Shown here: one piece after another, positions 9,473 through 19,745 of the stretch
Layout: every line of letters begins with the position of its first letter
How positions within the stretch are numbered: the first letter of the stretch is position 1
DNA from: Patescibacteria group bacterium
Lineage (GTDB): Bacteria; Patescibacteriota; UBA1384; 2-12-FULL-50-11
NCBI GenBank assembly: GCA_016861245.1
Contig: BOKZ01000001.1
Coordinates: 13,107-77,106, forward strand
DNA: 64,000 bases
Reading direction: 5' to 3'
Made by a program: the position numbers and the translations under genes
Notes under the pieces: model-generated
Database searches by the model: none
What the model was told of the DNA's origin: nothing
Seen by the model: only the letters and a program-made list of their open reading frames with translations

Positions 9473-10829
9473 CTAGTAGTACAACATCGTCCGGCGTTAT
9501 CAAGCTCCGCAGGAACGTCGCTGCTTCATCTAGTGAGGAGCGGTACTCGACATCTGGCTTACTCTTTTTCACTGCATCGATTAAATCCTTAATCGTAACG
9601 TAGCCGCTCTTCTCGCGAGCGGACGCCCAAATATTCAGGAGAATTAGTTTATCAGGTGACTGTAAGCTCTTCGCAAACTCGTGTAATAACTTTCCAGTTC
9701 GACTATAGGTATGCGGCTGAAAGACGGCCACTAAGCGCTTTCCGGGAAACCGTGCTCGCGTCGCCTCAAATAAGTACTCAAGCGCGCTTGGATGATGCGC
9801 GTAATCGTCGAAAATCTGAGCGCCGTTGAAGGTTCCAAGCAACTCAAACCGACGTTTCGGTCCGGAAAATTTACCAAGCGCTTTAATCGCGATTTTTTCT
9901 GAGACGCCAAGTTTTACCGCCATAACGAACGCCGCAGTTGTATTGAGGGCGTTGTGTTTGCCGGGCATCTTACAATGAAATGGTCCGATCTTGTGATCTT
10001 CAGTTTTCAGCCAGAACTCCGATTGAGTATCAGTCTCAGAGTAATCGATTACCTGGTAACTCGCTCCTGGTAGAAATCCGTAGGTTTCACACCCCCGGTC
10101 AACTAAACGCCCAACCAACCGACGAACAAGCGGCCAGTCGACGCAAGCAACGATCGTTCCGTTGCGCGGCAATTTGGTAGTTAGTTTGTAGAAGGCATCA
10201 TAGACTTGGGTGGCGCTTTGAAACACGTCGGGATGATCCAGCTCAATACTAGTAATAATAACGTGTTGGAGAGGATAGTCTAAGAATTTTGGTTGGAGTT
10301 CGGTATCCGATTTTTTATACTCGTCGGCTTCAACGATGAAATGACTGCCGTCGCCAAGGTGCGAGCTACCTTCAAGACCAGGAATATCGCTTGTGCCGAT
10401 CGCGTAGCTCGGTGAAAATCCGGCTTCTTTTAATGCGAACGCTAGCATCGAGGTAGTGGTTGTTTTACCGTGAACGCCCGCCACTCCAACGCCCTCGTAG
10501 CGACTGATAATTTTACCTAACATTTCAGATTGTGGGATCGTCGAGATTCGAGCAGATTTGGCGGCTTTTACTTCTGGGTTTTGTAGCCCGTACGCCGCGC
10601 TAACGATCACCAACTCTGGTTTAGTTTGAGTGATATGGTTCGCGTCAAAGCCTGAGAAATACTCAATACCGTGCTCGGCTAAAAGCGAGTCCGTAATAAA
10701 GACTTCTTCAACGTCGCTGCCAGTCACTTCGTAGCCTAACTGCTTTGCGATTACCGCCAACCCAGTCATCGCCACACCTTTAATACCGATAAAATACAAC
10801 GACTTCGGCTCGCCTTTAGTTTTTGCCAT
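9420..10829 (-). CDS. murC: UDP-N-acetylmuramate--L-alanine ligase
   Basis: YFIGIKGVAMTGLA N-terminus, GVAGVHGKTTTTSM P-loop, Mur ligase C-terminal domain. Confidence 0.85.
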   Translation of the reverse strand: MAKTKGEPKSLYFIGIKGVAMTGLAVIAKQLGYEVTGSDVEEVFITDSLLAEHGIEYFSGFDANHITQTKPELVIVSAAYGLQNPEVKAAKSARISTIPQSEMLGKIISRYEGVGVAGVHGKTTTTSMLAFALKEAGFSPSYAIGTSDIPGLEGSSHLGDGSHFIVEADEYKKSDTELQPKFLDYPLQHVIITSIELDHPDVFQSATQVYDAFYKLTTKLPRNGTIVACVDWPLVRRLVGRLVDRGCETYGFLPGASYQVIDYSETDTQSEFWLKTEDHKIGPFHCKMPGKHNALNTTAAFVMAVKLGVSEKIAIKALGKFSGPKRRFELLGTFNGAQIFDDYAHHPSALEYLFEATRARFPGKRLVAVFQPHTYSRTGKLLHEFAKSLQSPDKLILLNIWASAREKSGYVTIKDLIDAVKKSKPDVEYRSSLDEAATFLRSLITPDDVVLLVGAGDVYKIYDKLTSDS

Positions 10830-11928
10830 CGATCTCCTTAATTATTTCTGAAATTGTTGCTTGTGTTTTAAAGTACTCCTTTAGTCGATTGCCGATTTCC
10901 TGGAGTTTCTCTGGGTTTGAGATTAGTTTAAGTATGTCTTGAACAAAAACTTCCGTCGAGAGTTGATACTCCTGTCTCACAATTGCTGCGTTAGCCGAGT
11001 CTAACCTCAGCGCGTTTTCGTACTGGTGATTAGCCGCTGCAGTTGGTAGCGGCACGAGATACATCGCTTTCGCAAAGAGTGCTGCCTCAGCGATTGTGGT
11101 AGCGCTAGAACGCGCAACAACCAAATCAGCGCTCTGGAAGTACAGCGGCAATTCTCTATCGATAAAACTATACGGCTTATAATGCGAACGTTGTGAGGTG
11201 TTTAGAGACTCTTTAATCTTTATAAACTCTTGGTACTCGCGTTCTCCGGTTAAGTGAACCACATCCAACGTTTCTAATAATTTAGGCAGAGAGCTTCGAA
11301 TAAACGAATTTATGGCCGCGGAACCCTGGCTTCCAGGCAACACGAGTAGTAGTGGTCGTGATTTTTTCGGTGCTTTTAACGTGGCTGCCCGTCGTAAAAC
11401 AGCACGAACTGGAATACCGACCTGACGGTAACGATCGTTTCTATTCGGATAGCTCTCGAGCCCAAACGCAGTTAGTACTCGATCGGCAACCGCGGCGCTT
11501 AAACGATTTGTCATTCCCATAACTGCGTCGGATTCGTGAACAATAATTCGACAACCCAGTAACTTCGCGGCGAAGACAACCGGAAGGGCAACGTAACCGC
11601 CCTTACTAAATACTGTCCCAACTTTATTACGCCGAATAACTTTGATTGACTGAAAAAAACCGATCACAACCTTCACAGTATCAACAATATTTGAGACAAG
11701 CGATTTAAATGTTGAGTATCGTCTCCATTTTCCAGCTTGAATCGTTTCGAGTTTCCATCCCAAATTAGTTACTACCCGTTCTTCGAGACTCTCGGCAGAG
11801 CCGATGAATATAAACTCTCGCTTCTGTTGAGCCAATTCCTCAGCGACAGCAACAAGCGGAAAAACGTGACCACCCGTGCCACCACCGACCAGCGCAATTA
11901 CGTTATTATTTTGTTTCTCTTGAAGCAT
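10816..11928 (-). CDS. murG: UDP-N-acetylglucosamine--N-acetylmuramyl-(pentapeptide) pyrophosphoryl-undecaprenol GlcNAc transferase
   Basis: GGGTGGHVFP N-terminal motif, GT28 architecture, dcw context. Confidence 0.85.
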   Translation of the reverse strand: MLQEKQNNNVIALVGGGTGGHVFPLVAVAEELAQQKREFIFIGSAESLEERVVTNLGWKLETIQAGKWRRYSTFKSLVSNIVDTVKVVIGFFQSIKVIRRNKVGTVFSKGGYVALPVVFAAKLLGCRIIVHESDAVMGMTNRLSAAVADRVLTAFGLESYPNRNDRYRQVGIPVRAVLRRAATLKAPKKSRPLLLVLPGSQGSAAINSFIRSSLPKLLETLDVVHLTGEREYQEFIKIKESLNTSQRSHYKPYSFIDRELPLYFQSADLVVARSSATTIAEAALFAKAMYLVPLPTAAANHQYENALRLDSANAAIVRQEYQLSTEVFVQDILKLISNPEKLQEIGNRLKEYFKTQATISEIIKEIDGKN

Positions 11929-13036
11929 TAGTTAAAACACCCAACATTGCTAAGCTCACAATTAACGAAGTGCCACCGTAACTTACAAACGGAAGCGGAA
12001 TTCCGGCGAGCGGTAACAGCGCGAGCATCCCTCCTATATTTATCAGGGTCTGAAGAATAATCAAGGTAGAAATACCTACTGCCAAGTAACAAACGAACCG
12101 GCTATTGGCCCTTTGAGCGATTACTAGACCACGCCAAGCCAACAATACGTACGCAAGCAATAGCGCCGCTGCGCGGATAAAGCCGAGCTCCTCAGCGATA
12201 ACTGCGAAAATAGAATCGGTGTGCGCCTCGGGTAAATACGAATACTTACTAGTCCCTTGGCCGAAACCCACACCCCACAAGCCGCCGCTTCCTACGGCGA
12301 TCAAGGCTTGCTGGCTGTGATAGCCTCGATTCTGCGAATCAAACTCGGCGTTATTTTGTCGTTGATCCTGATACGACTGTAATCGGTTTAGTCGGTACGG
12401 TGTGGCAAAAATTAGCAGCAGCACCGCCCCAATCGCCAGTAATGTAATCGCCCCAACCTGCCAGACTTTGGCTTTGGCGACAAAGAAAATGACTACAGCA
12501 CTAACAAGCAGTACTACAGCCGTATCGAGATCTCGGCCGAGCGCTCCAACTAGTAACGCGATCATGGCCAGCAATAGCAGAAAGGGGATGAATCCTTTCT
12601 GGACGCTGCTAACGGCGTCGCCTTTCGAGGCAAACCAAGCCGAAAAATAAATAACAAGAAAAAGCTTAGCAACTTCAGACGGCTGGAATGAAAAACCACC
12701 GAACCCGACCCATCGGTATACACCAGCCGTTTCGCCGCCGATACCCGGCAGGAAAACCAGAATAAGTAGTATCAACGTTGCCCACAAAAAAGAAGCGCGC
12801 CTTTCGTAAAGTCGCTCCAGCGGTAATCGTAAAAAATAAAAGAACCCAACCAGACCAATTCCGAATGCGATCAACTGTCGGATAAAAAAATGATACGCAT
12901 CGGCGTATTTATCTGCTGCGGTTATCTGTGAGGCGGAAAGCACCATCACTAACCCAAGAACTGAGAGGCCGAAACCGATGATCGGAATAATCGGATCAAT
13001 CTTTTTTCGAAGTTTATAGTTACCGCTTTGCGACAT
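11906..13036 (-). CDS. ftsW: Peptidoglycan glycosyltransferase FtsW (SEDS family)
   Basis: About 10 TM helices, SEDS family similarity, located between murD and murG. Confidence 0.8.
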   Translation of the reverse strand: MSQSGNYKLRKKIDPIIPIIGFGLSVLGLVMVLSASQITAADKYADAYHFFIRQLIAFGIGLVGFFYFLRLPLERLYERRASFLWATLILLILVFLPGIGGETAGVYRWVGFGGFSFQPSEVAKLFLVIYFSAWFASKGDAVSSVQKGFIPFLLLLAMIALLVGALGRDLDTAVVLLVSAVVIFFVAKAKVWQVGAITLLAIGAVLLLIFATPYRLNRLQSYQDQRQNNAEFDSQNRGYHSQQALIAVGSGGLWGVGFGQGTSKYSYLPEAHTDSIFAVIAEELGFIRAAALLLAYVLLAWRGLVIAQRANSRFVCYLAVGISTLIILQTLINIGGMLALLPLAGIPLPFVSYGGTSLIVSLAMLGVLTNASRETK

Positions 13037-14411
13037 CTTGAAGGCGACTTCTAGTTAATAGAGTGAATTGTGTCCCACGGTCGGCGGCATCGATGAACAT
13101 ATCCTTACTCGCACAGGCTGGCGAAAGTAAAATCGTGTCGCCTGAGACAGCAATCTCAGTAGCTCGATTAACTACTTGCTCCAAGGTGTCCAATTTCTCG
13201 ACAATTCCCGAATAGTTTATTTCTTGTAACGATTTCTCAATCCGCGGCGCTTCTTGACCAATTAACAGCACGGCCTTTACTTTCCGACGGATAATTGCAT
13301 GAGCGAGTTCGGTAAAGTCCATGCCTTTAGACGAGCCCCCTGCTAGTAGGATTGTCGGCTGATCAAAAGCGGAGAGCGCCGCAATTGTCGCGTCGGGTGC
13401 GGTTGCGTAGCTGTCGTCGATAACTGTTATACCGTTAAAGACTCCGATATTTTCCATTCGGTGCGGCAGCGGCTTGAAGGTTTTTAGGCCGGGAATAACA
13501 TCTTCCGACTTAATACCGCACTGTACGGCTGTCACTGCTGCAAGTGCCGCATCGAGAAGTAAGTGATCCCCTTTAATTCCGGCTTTAGCTAATGAGATTT
13601 TCCGGCCTTGAAACACAAGTTCATCACCCGTAAGAACTGCAAATTCGGCCGATCTCCCAACGCCGTATTGTGTCGCTTTTGAGCTCTCCGCCATCTTTGT
13701 TGAAGTCGGGCTATCAGCAGCGTACACAACAACATCGTCAGCAGTCTGAAATGCCACTAACTGTCGTTTAGCTTCGATATAATCTTCCAGCGATCGATGG
13801 TAGTTAGGGCTACGCGCCGAGAGCGGCTGCAGATGTTCGGACGTCACTGGCAGTAACACGGCGACGTGCGGACTGTGTGAGATATCTTCGAGCTGAAAGC
13901 TGGATAATTCCATAACTACCCACGTCTCGTCGTCGATCTGATCGATGCTCTCAAAAATTGAATTGCCGATATTACCTGCCAGCTGTACCTTTTTTGAACC
14001 AGCTTTAAGTATCGAATGAATCATCGTGGAGGTCGTGCCTTTGCCTTTGGTTCCGGTGACGCCGATTACCTGTTTACCGTAATATTCTAGAAACAGATCG
14101 ACGGCTGACGATCTAATCGGAGATGGTTGCGACGAACCGATCGCGCGCTCCACGTCAATTACTGGCATCCCCGGCGTCCTGAAGACGTAATCAAATTGAG
14201 TTAGCTCGCTTAACGCATCCTCGCCGATCCGCAATCCGACCCCTTCTATCCGCTCAAGTCGCTCGATGTTTGACGGCTCACTATTTTGCTCGCAAATCAC
14301 CACATCGGCACCGTGTTTCACAAAAAACGGAATGAGGCTTAGGTTTTCTTTACCGGCACCGAGCAAACCAATTTTCTTCGAGCGAAATTTCTCCCAATCT
14401 ATCCGCGACAT
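13020..14411 (-). CDS. murD: UDP-N-acetylmuramoylalanine--D-glutamate ligase
   Basis: GLLGAGKEN Rossmann N-terminus, GVTGTKGKGTTSTM P-loop, dcw position. Confidence 0.8.
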   Translation of the reverse strand: MSRIDWEKFRSKKIGLLGAGKENLSLIPFFVKHGADVVICEQNSEPSNIERLERIEGVGLRIGEDALSELTQFDYVFRTPGMPVIDVERAIGSSQPSPIRSSAVDLFLEYYGKQVIGVTGTKGKGTTSTMIHSILKAGSKKVQLAGNIGNSIFESIDQIDDETWVVMELSSFQLEDISHSPHVAVLLPVTSEHLQPLSARSPNYHRSLEDYIEAKRQLVAFQTADDVVVYAADSPTSTKMAESSKATQYGVGRSAEFAVLTGDELVFQGRKISLAKAGIKGDHLLLDAALAAVTAVQCGIKSEDVIPGLKTFKPLPHRMENIGVFNGITVIDDSYATAPDATIAALSAFDQPTILLAGGSSKGMDFTELAHAIIRRKVKAVLLIGQEAPRIEKSLQEINYSGIVEKLDTLEQVVNRATEIAVSGDTILLSPACASKDMFIDAADRGTQFTLLTRSRLQDVAKR

Positions 14412-14443
14412 ACCTTAAGTATGCCGCAACACCTGGAGATTTT

Positions 14444-15466
14444 CTAGCGGCTTACGAGATAGACAAACAGTCCGAGCATCGCCGCTACCGCCGAGACTAC
14501 CCAAAAACGCATTGTGATTTTCGGCTCTTCCCAACCGATTGCCTGATAGTGGTGATGGATCGGGGCAGACAAAAATACTTTTTTACCGTTTCGCAGCTTC
14601 TTGGAAGCGATTTGGATAACGGCCGAAAAACCTTCGACGTACAACATCAGTGCGATTATCGGCAAGATCAAAACTGTGTCGGTAAGAAATGCTAAAATTC
14701 CAAGCGTCATGCCGAGCGCCATCGCACCAGTATCCCCCATAAAGAATCGGGCCGGATAAATATTGAACCACAAAAACGCCAGTAACGATCCAAGAATCGT
14801 TCCACAAAACGCTGCTAATTCTGTCTTACCTTGTATAAGCGCGATCATCCCGAACGCCGCAAACGAGCTCGCCATCATACCAGCGAGTAGTCCGTCCAGA
14901 CCGTCTGCTTCGTTGGCGCTGAAGGTTGTAAAGACAATTACCAGAATAAATAACGGAATATACCAGGCGCCGATCTCGACCGGTCCGATTCCGGGGATAG
15001 AGAGCACGTTCCAGCCAAGCTTGTAATAAAACCACCAAGCACCAACCATCGCGATTAACGCGTAAATAATCAGCTTCCAACGAAACCGTAGCCCGCCGCG
15101 ATTCGGCCCGATGCCGTTAATATTCATAATATCGTCGATCGCCCCAACAATGCCGGTGGCGACAAGAGCAAAGAGCGGCAACCATGTTTGAGCGCGCGAT
15201 AAGTTCATTAATAATGTTACTACTGCTGTCGTTATCCAAATTAACAGCCCTCCCATCGTTGGAGTGTTTTCCTTATGCTTATGCAGCGCGTAAAAAATTG
15301 GCGCTTTCTTCTCGTCAAAACCCGTCTGTCTAATTTTTTTACCTAAACGGTTTTTGTATAAGAAATCGGTAAACAACGGCGTCCAAAGAAACGCGACCAA
15401 AAATGATAGACTCGCCAGCCAGAAAGTTTTCGCTAACGCAAAATGCGAGGCTTCAAGCAGAGACAT
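14444..15466 (-). CDS. mraY: Phospho-N-acetylmuramoyl-pentapeptide transferase
   Basis: Polytopic membrane protein with MraY-like DDxxN-type loops, HHH motif region, dcw position. Confidence 0.85.
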   Translation of the reverse strand: MSLLEASHFALAKTFWLASLSFLVAFLWTPLFTDFLYKNRLGKKIRQTGFDEKKAPIFYALHKHKENTPTMGGLLIWITTAVVTLLMNLSRAQTWLPLFALVATGIVGAIDDIMNINGIGPNRGGLRFRWKLIIYALIAMVGAWWFYYKLGWNVLSIPGIGPVEIGAWYIPLFILVIVFTTFSANEADGLDGLLAGMMASSFAAFGMIALIQGKTELAAFCGTILGSLLAFLWFNIYPARFFMGDTGAMALGMTLGILAFLTDTVLILPIIALMLYVEGFSAVIQIASKKLRNGKKVFLSAPIHHHYQAIGWEEPKITMRFWVVSAVAAMLGLFVYLVSR

Positions 15467-16523
15467 GTTCCAAAGCTGAAATTATCTTTTCCATATGAAT
15501 TGATCGTGACCCCTTCACCAAGATACTATCTCCTTTTTTCAGATAAGAAAAGATCTCTTTAGCGGCCTGTTCACTGGTTTCAAATCGCGCGGCTGGTTGG
15601 TATTGATCGGTATGTTCACCAATGCCGATCACAACGTCCGCAATTGTGTGAGCCAAATCCCCTGTGTGCCTGTGAAGGATTTTCTCAGTATCACCGAGCT
15701 CGCGCATCGTCCCAAGAATCGCCACTTTACGACCCGGCATCTTTTTTAATCGATTAAGCGCCGCTTCCATTGAGGCGGGGTTCGCGTTATACGTATCGTC
15801 TAATACTAGCCAATCGCCGATCCGTCGCTCGGAAAACCGCTGCGGCGGCAATTTCATCTGCGTAAGCGAAGTTTCGATGTTCTCACTTGGAACATCGAAA
15901 AATTTTCCAACTAATCGAGCAAAGCCAACTGAGAGCTCTTCGTTTGGTAAGTCAGCTTCAATAACTGTTTGGGCGATAGTACGCTTTCTATGTTGAGCGT
16001 AATACGGATCTCGCTTGTTCAAAAACACAACTCCATCTTTAGGCACGGCTGCGACAAGCGCCCCTTCGTCTTCAGCTACCGCGTCGAGCGAGCCGTAATT
16101 CATTACGTGCGCCGGTGCAACAGTTGTCAAAACCGCAATGTGAGGCGGTAGCTTATTGGTTAGTTTCTTTATATCATCTGGCTGATCGGTGCCGTACTCC
16201 AACACGACGTACTTCGGCAGGGACGTAAATGAACGTACCCAAGCTTGTATAAGGATAATCGGCCACTGCCAACTAATTGATTGGCGGTGAAAATCTATCT
16301 TGAATTCCAGAATCGAAAGCGGCACGCCGAGATACGTATTCAAGTTTCCAAACCCGATTAATACGTTATTCTTGAAATGGTCAGACAGTACCGCTCCGAT
16401 CGCGTATTTAGTCGAGGTTTTAGCGATCCCGCCACCGATAGCAATAACGGTCGTATCCGTGCTTTGAACTCGGCGCAGCGCGCAGCGCCACAAAAATTCG
16501 TCTCTCCAAGCTTTCATGGGCAT
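15453..16523 (-). CDS. murF: UDP-MurNAc-pentapeptide synthetase MurF (short form lacking N-terminal domain)
   Basis: LVLDDTYNANPASM and LVKGSRS C-terminal motifs are typical of MurF. AIGGGIAKTSTK P-loop. Only 356 aa. No murE is present in the cluster. Confidence 0.7.
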   Translation of the reverse strand: MPMKAWRDEFLWRCALRRVQSTDTTVIAIGGGIAKTSTKYAIGAVLSDHFKNNVLIGFGNLNTYLGVPLSILEFKIDFHRQSISWQWPIILIQAWVRSFTSLPKYVVLEYGTDQPDDIKKLTNKLPPHIAVLTTVAPAHVMNYGSLDAVAEDEGALVAAVPKDGVVFLNKRDPYYAQHRKRTIAQTVIEADLPNEELSVGFARLVGKFFDVPSENIETSLTQMKLPPQRFSERRIGDWLVLDDTYNANPASMEAALNRLKKMPGRKVAILGTMRELGDTEKILHRHTGDLAHTIADVVIGIGEHTDQYQPAARFETSEQAAKEIFSYLKKGDSILVKGSRSIHMEKIISALEHVSA

Positions 16524-16533
16524 AGTGTATCAG

Positions 16534-18237
16534 TTATCGCAGTTTGTAGTAGTTCGTAATCCAGTTAGCTAGCTCACCGAAGATCGGAGCGGCTGAAGAT
16601 TCGGCGAACTTTACAGTTTTTGGGTTGTCGAGACGTACGACCATAACGAACTTTGGGTCGTCCGCCGGGAATAGTCCAGCGAAGTTACCGATATGTCTAT
16701 CTTCAGCGTAACCGCCTTGTGGGTCGGCCACTTGGGCCGTACCGGTCTTACCTCCAACCCTAATACCCTCGACTTTTGCTCTCTTACCGTGCCCAAGCTC
16801 CACTACAGACACTAACATTTCTCTAATTTTCTTAGCTGTTTCTTCACTGATTACCCGAGTGCCCGCTTTCGCACTGTACGGCGTTACAGCTGTGCCACGA
16901 ATCGTTTGCGCAATTAAATGCGGCGAGACAGTTACTCCGTTATTAGCGATAACTGCGTACGCCGTAGCTAATTGCAGCGGCGTGACTGAGATGCCTTGAC
17001 CGTACGCGGCAGTCGCGCTCAGTGTGTCGTTCCATTCCTTAGCGTCACGAAGCACCCCTGGCTGTTCGCCCACTAATTCGACACCGGTTTTGGCGCCGTA
17101 ACCAAATTTTTCCAAAAATTCACGCTGTTTTTCTTTGCCGATTTTTTGCGAGAGCCAGACCATCGCAACGTTATCGGAGTTTTCCAGTACTTGGGTCATC
17201 GTCTCTCTCCCGTATACCTTATCCTCCGCATTACGGATCTCAAACCCACCGACTTTTACCGATCCGCCAAAGACTTCCGTAGTGTCTGGTTGTACTAGAC
17301 CCATCTCAATCGCCATCGCCATAGTAATTGGTTTCATTACACTACCCGGTTCGTACGGTAAACTAGCGCCTGCTGGTAAGAAATTACGTTGAGCCTCGCC
17401 AGTAACCTCGTTGAAGATGTTTGGATCAAACGTCGGGTAGCCGGCCATCGCCAGTATTGCACCAGTTTTGGGATCGAGAATAACGATCGAGCCGCCTTCG
17501 GCTTGAAAACGTTCGGTCGCCTCCTTTAGCTTGGCTTCAACGGTAAATTGTAAATTGTAATCGATCGTTAACACGATATCGGCACCGGGCTCAGCACGCT
17601 TTGCACCTAATATATCGATCAATCTTCCGAGTGAATCCTTCTTAGCTTTTTCCGATCCAGAGACACCACGCAACACCTGATCGTTTGTTGCTTCAACGCC
17701 GTATTTACCTTGCCCATCTGAACCAACGAATCCCAAAAGTTGCGGCGCGATCGCCGATCCTTCCGGATACACTCGTACAAATTCTGGGCGGACGTACACG
17801 CCGACGTAGTTCTTTTTAAGTAATGCGTCCGCTTGAGCCGGAGTGAGATTGCGTGCGAGCGCGGGAATATACACTTTGTCGTTATTAATTTTTTCAAAAA
17901 TTTCTTCCTTTTTTAGCCCAATTTTTTCTTCTGCAATTAACTCGGCTAGTTTTTGTTTATTCTTGACTTGGCGAGGCGCGATAAATAATTGGTAACGCTC
18001 CTCGCTAGCCGCTAGTGTATAAAGTTTTCCGTCTCGATCCTTGGCTAGGATAACGCCGCGCTGAGCTTGTTCGGTTGCGGTACTGGTCGACTGAAGCTCC
18101 GCCGCTTCAACGTACTGCTCGTGGTCGAGAACTTGATAATTGAATAACTTGAATAAAAAATATCCACCTGCAAACGCCGCCAATAACAGTAGAAGCGTTG
18201 TTCGGATATGCAGCACCCGATCGCCCATCTGCGTCAC
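16534..18237 (-). CDS. ftsI: Class B penicillin-binding protein FtsI (transpeptidase)
   Basis: N-terminal TM helix, PBP dimerisation domain, SxxK/SDN/KTGT motifs (ENSDNVAM, GKTGTAQ). Confidence 0.85.
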   Translation of the reverse strand: MTQMGDRVLHIRTTLLLLLAAFAGGYFLFKLFNYQVLDHEQYVEAAELQSTSTATEQAQRGVILAKDRDGKLYTLAASEERYQLFIAPRQVKNKQKLAELIAEEKIGLKKEEIFEKINNDKVYIPALARNLTPAQADALLKKNYVGVYVRPEFVRVYPEGSAIAPQLLGFVGSDGQGKYGVEATNDQVLRGVSGSEKAKKDSLGRLIDILGAKRAEPGADIVLTIDYNLQFTVEAKLKEATERFQAEGGSIVILDPKTGAILAMAGYPTFDPNIFNEVTGEAQRNFLPAGASLPYEPGSVMKPITMAMAIEMGLVQPDTTEVFGGSVKVGGFEIRNAEDKVYGRETMTQVLENSDNVAMVWLSQKIGKEKQREFLEKFGYGAKTGVELVGEQPGVLRDAKEWNDTLSATAAYGQGISVTPLQLATAYAVIANNGVTVSPHLIAQTIRGTAVTPYSAKAGTRVISEETAKKIREMLVSVVELGHGKRAKVEGIRVGGKTGTAQVADPQGGYAEDRHIGNFAGLFPADDPKFVMVVRLDNPKTVKFAESSAAPIFGELANWITNYYKLR

Positions 18238-18599
18238 GGTGTCGGTGTTACAGTAATTGATTCAGTCGCGCCGGAAATCGGCACCAACCCTTGCGACGAC
18301 GCAGACTGCTGGAGGTTCTGCAGCGAACGAATACGACTATCGTTAACCTTCAACGTCGTCATTTCTTTTGTTAGCGAGTCCTTCGTGTCTTCAAGTTTGC
18401 GAAGCTCGATTAAGCCGTCAGATCCCTGAGCGGATTGGATTAAATAAAATAACGAAAAAACTGCCAGGAGCGTTAAAATAAAATACCGAGCCGCTGTTGG
18501 ACCAATACTAAAAACTCCTCCTGATTTGTAGACTTGTCTGCGCTGAATTCGGTTGTGTTGCATTTTCCTCCTTGAATTTCCCTGATTGCCAGGCACCAA
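18234..18599 (-). CDS. Cell division protein FtsL-like
   Basis: Small bitopic protein (TM plus coiled coil) between rsmH and ftsI. Start probably the internal Met (MQHNRI). Confidence 0.5.
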   Translation of the reverse strand: MVPGNQGNSRRKMQHNRIQRRQVYKSGGVFSIGPTAARYFILTLLAVFSLFYLIQSAQGSDGLIELRKLEDTKDSLTKEMTTLKVNDSRIRSLQNLQQSASSQGLVPISGATESITVTPTP

Positions 18600-18605
18600 T
18601 ATCGA

Positions 18606-19469
18606 TTATTCGATACTCGTGTCTGTCAGTCTCTTGCGCCCTGTGCGTAACTTTGCGCTCCGCGAGCTTGGGTTATTTTTAATCTCTTCCTGAGTCGGTT
18701 CGACCGGCTTTTTGGTTAACAATTCGTAATCGCTGCCACGAAAGAATTCTTTAACAATCTTATCTTCAAGCGAATGGAAACTAATGACAGCCAGCACCGA
18801 TCCTGGTCGCAATACCGATGACACAACTTCGAGTCCGCGCTTGATATTAACCAACTCGTCGTTAACGTGGATACGCAATGCCTGAAACAACGGTGCTAGT
18901 ACTTTCGGATTGTTAGTCCCGACGTATTCAACGAAATCTGTCGTGGTTCTAATCGGTCGGACACGTCGTTCGTTGACGATCTTAGCCGCAAGCTTTTTAG
19001 CGTACCGATCTTGAGCATATTCGCGAAACACTTGCTCGATCGCTGAAGCGCTGCTTTGTTGAAGAAACTGAGCGGCAGTCTGACCGGTAGTTTCAAATCG
19101 AAGATCTAATGGTTCGTTGCGCTGAAAGCTAAACCCACGCCACGAGCCAGTTAGTTGATCAGTCGACATACCAAGATCCAACACTGCACCGTCGAATTCG
19201 CGCTCTAATTGATCGCAATCGGCGTATTTTAAAACGTGGAACTCAAACCGATCGCCGTATTGCTTCGCAACTGCTTCAGCAAAAACCGTTACATTTTCGT
19301 CGCGATCCACCGCCACCACCCTCCCGTTGGGCGCCGATGTATCCAGTATCGCTCGCGCATGCCCGCCGCCGCCGAACGTTCCGTCTAGATACGTTTTGCC
19401 GGTTTCTGGCTGGAGCGCTGCGATCACTTCGTTGACGAGTACTGGTATGTGCTTTGACAGATTTTCCAT
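18606..19469 (-). CDS. rsmH: 16S rRNA m4C1402 methyltransferase RsmH (MraW)
   Basis: HIPVLVNEV..YLDGTFGGGGHA SAM-binding signature, mraZ-rsmH gene order. Confidence 0.9.
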   Translation of the reverse strand: MENLSKHIPVLVNEVIAALQPETGKTYLDGTFGGGGHARAILDTSAPNGRVVAVDRDENVTVFAEAVAKQYGDRFEFHVLKYADCDQLEREFDGAVLDLGMSTDQLTGSWRGFSFQRNEPLDLRFETTGQTAAQFLQQSSASAIEQVFREYAQDRYAKKLAAKIVNERRVRPIRTTTDFVEYVGTNNPKVLAPLFQALRIHVNDELVNIKRGLEVVSSVLRPGSVLAVISFHSLEDKIVKEFFRGSDYELLTKKPVEPTQEEIKNNPSSRSAKLRTGRKRLTDTSIE

Positions 19470-19745
19470 AGCTTTAGATTGTTTACACTCTTACGATTTG
19501 TTTGTGGTCGAAATAAATTGTTAGGTACATTTTTTGGCCGAGATGCAGGGGACCGTAATACGGCTCGTCTGCCGGGCAACGCGTCCCCTCTTAAAAAGAA
19601 GAGTAGGACAAAAACCCAACATCCCTCCCTAAAACCGAAGTTTAGGGCCCCAATACCTTGTTAATAAACTTAACCTGGCGGGCAACCCAATCACGATTTC
19701 CCCCGCATCTGGTCACACAAAATTGATTTTGAAACAAACTCGACA

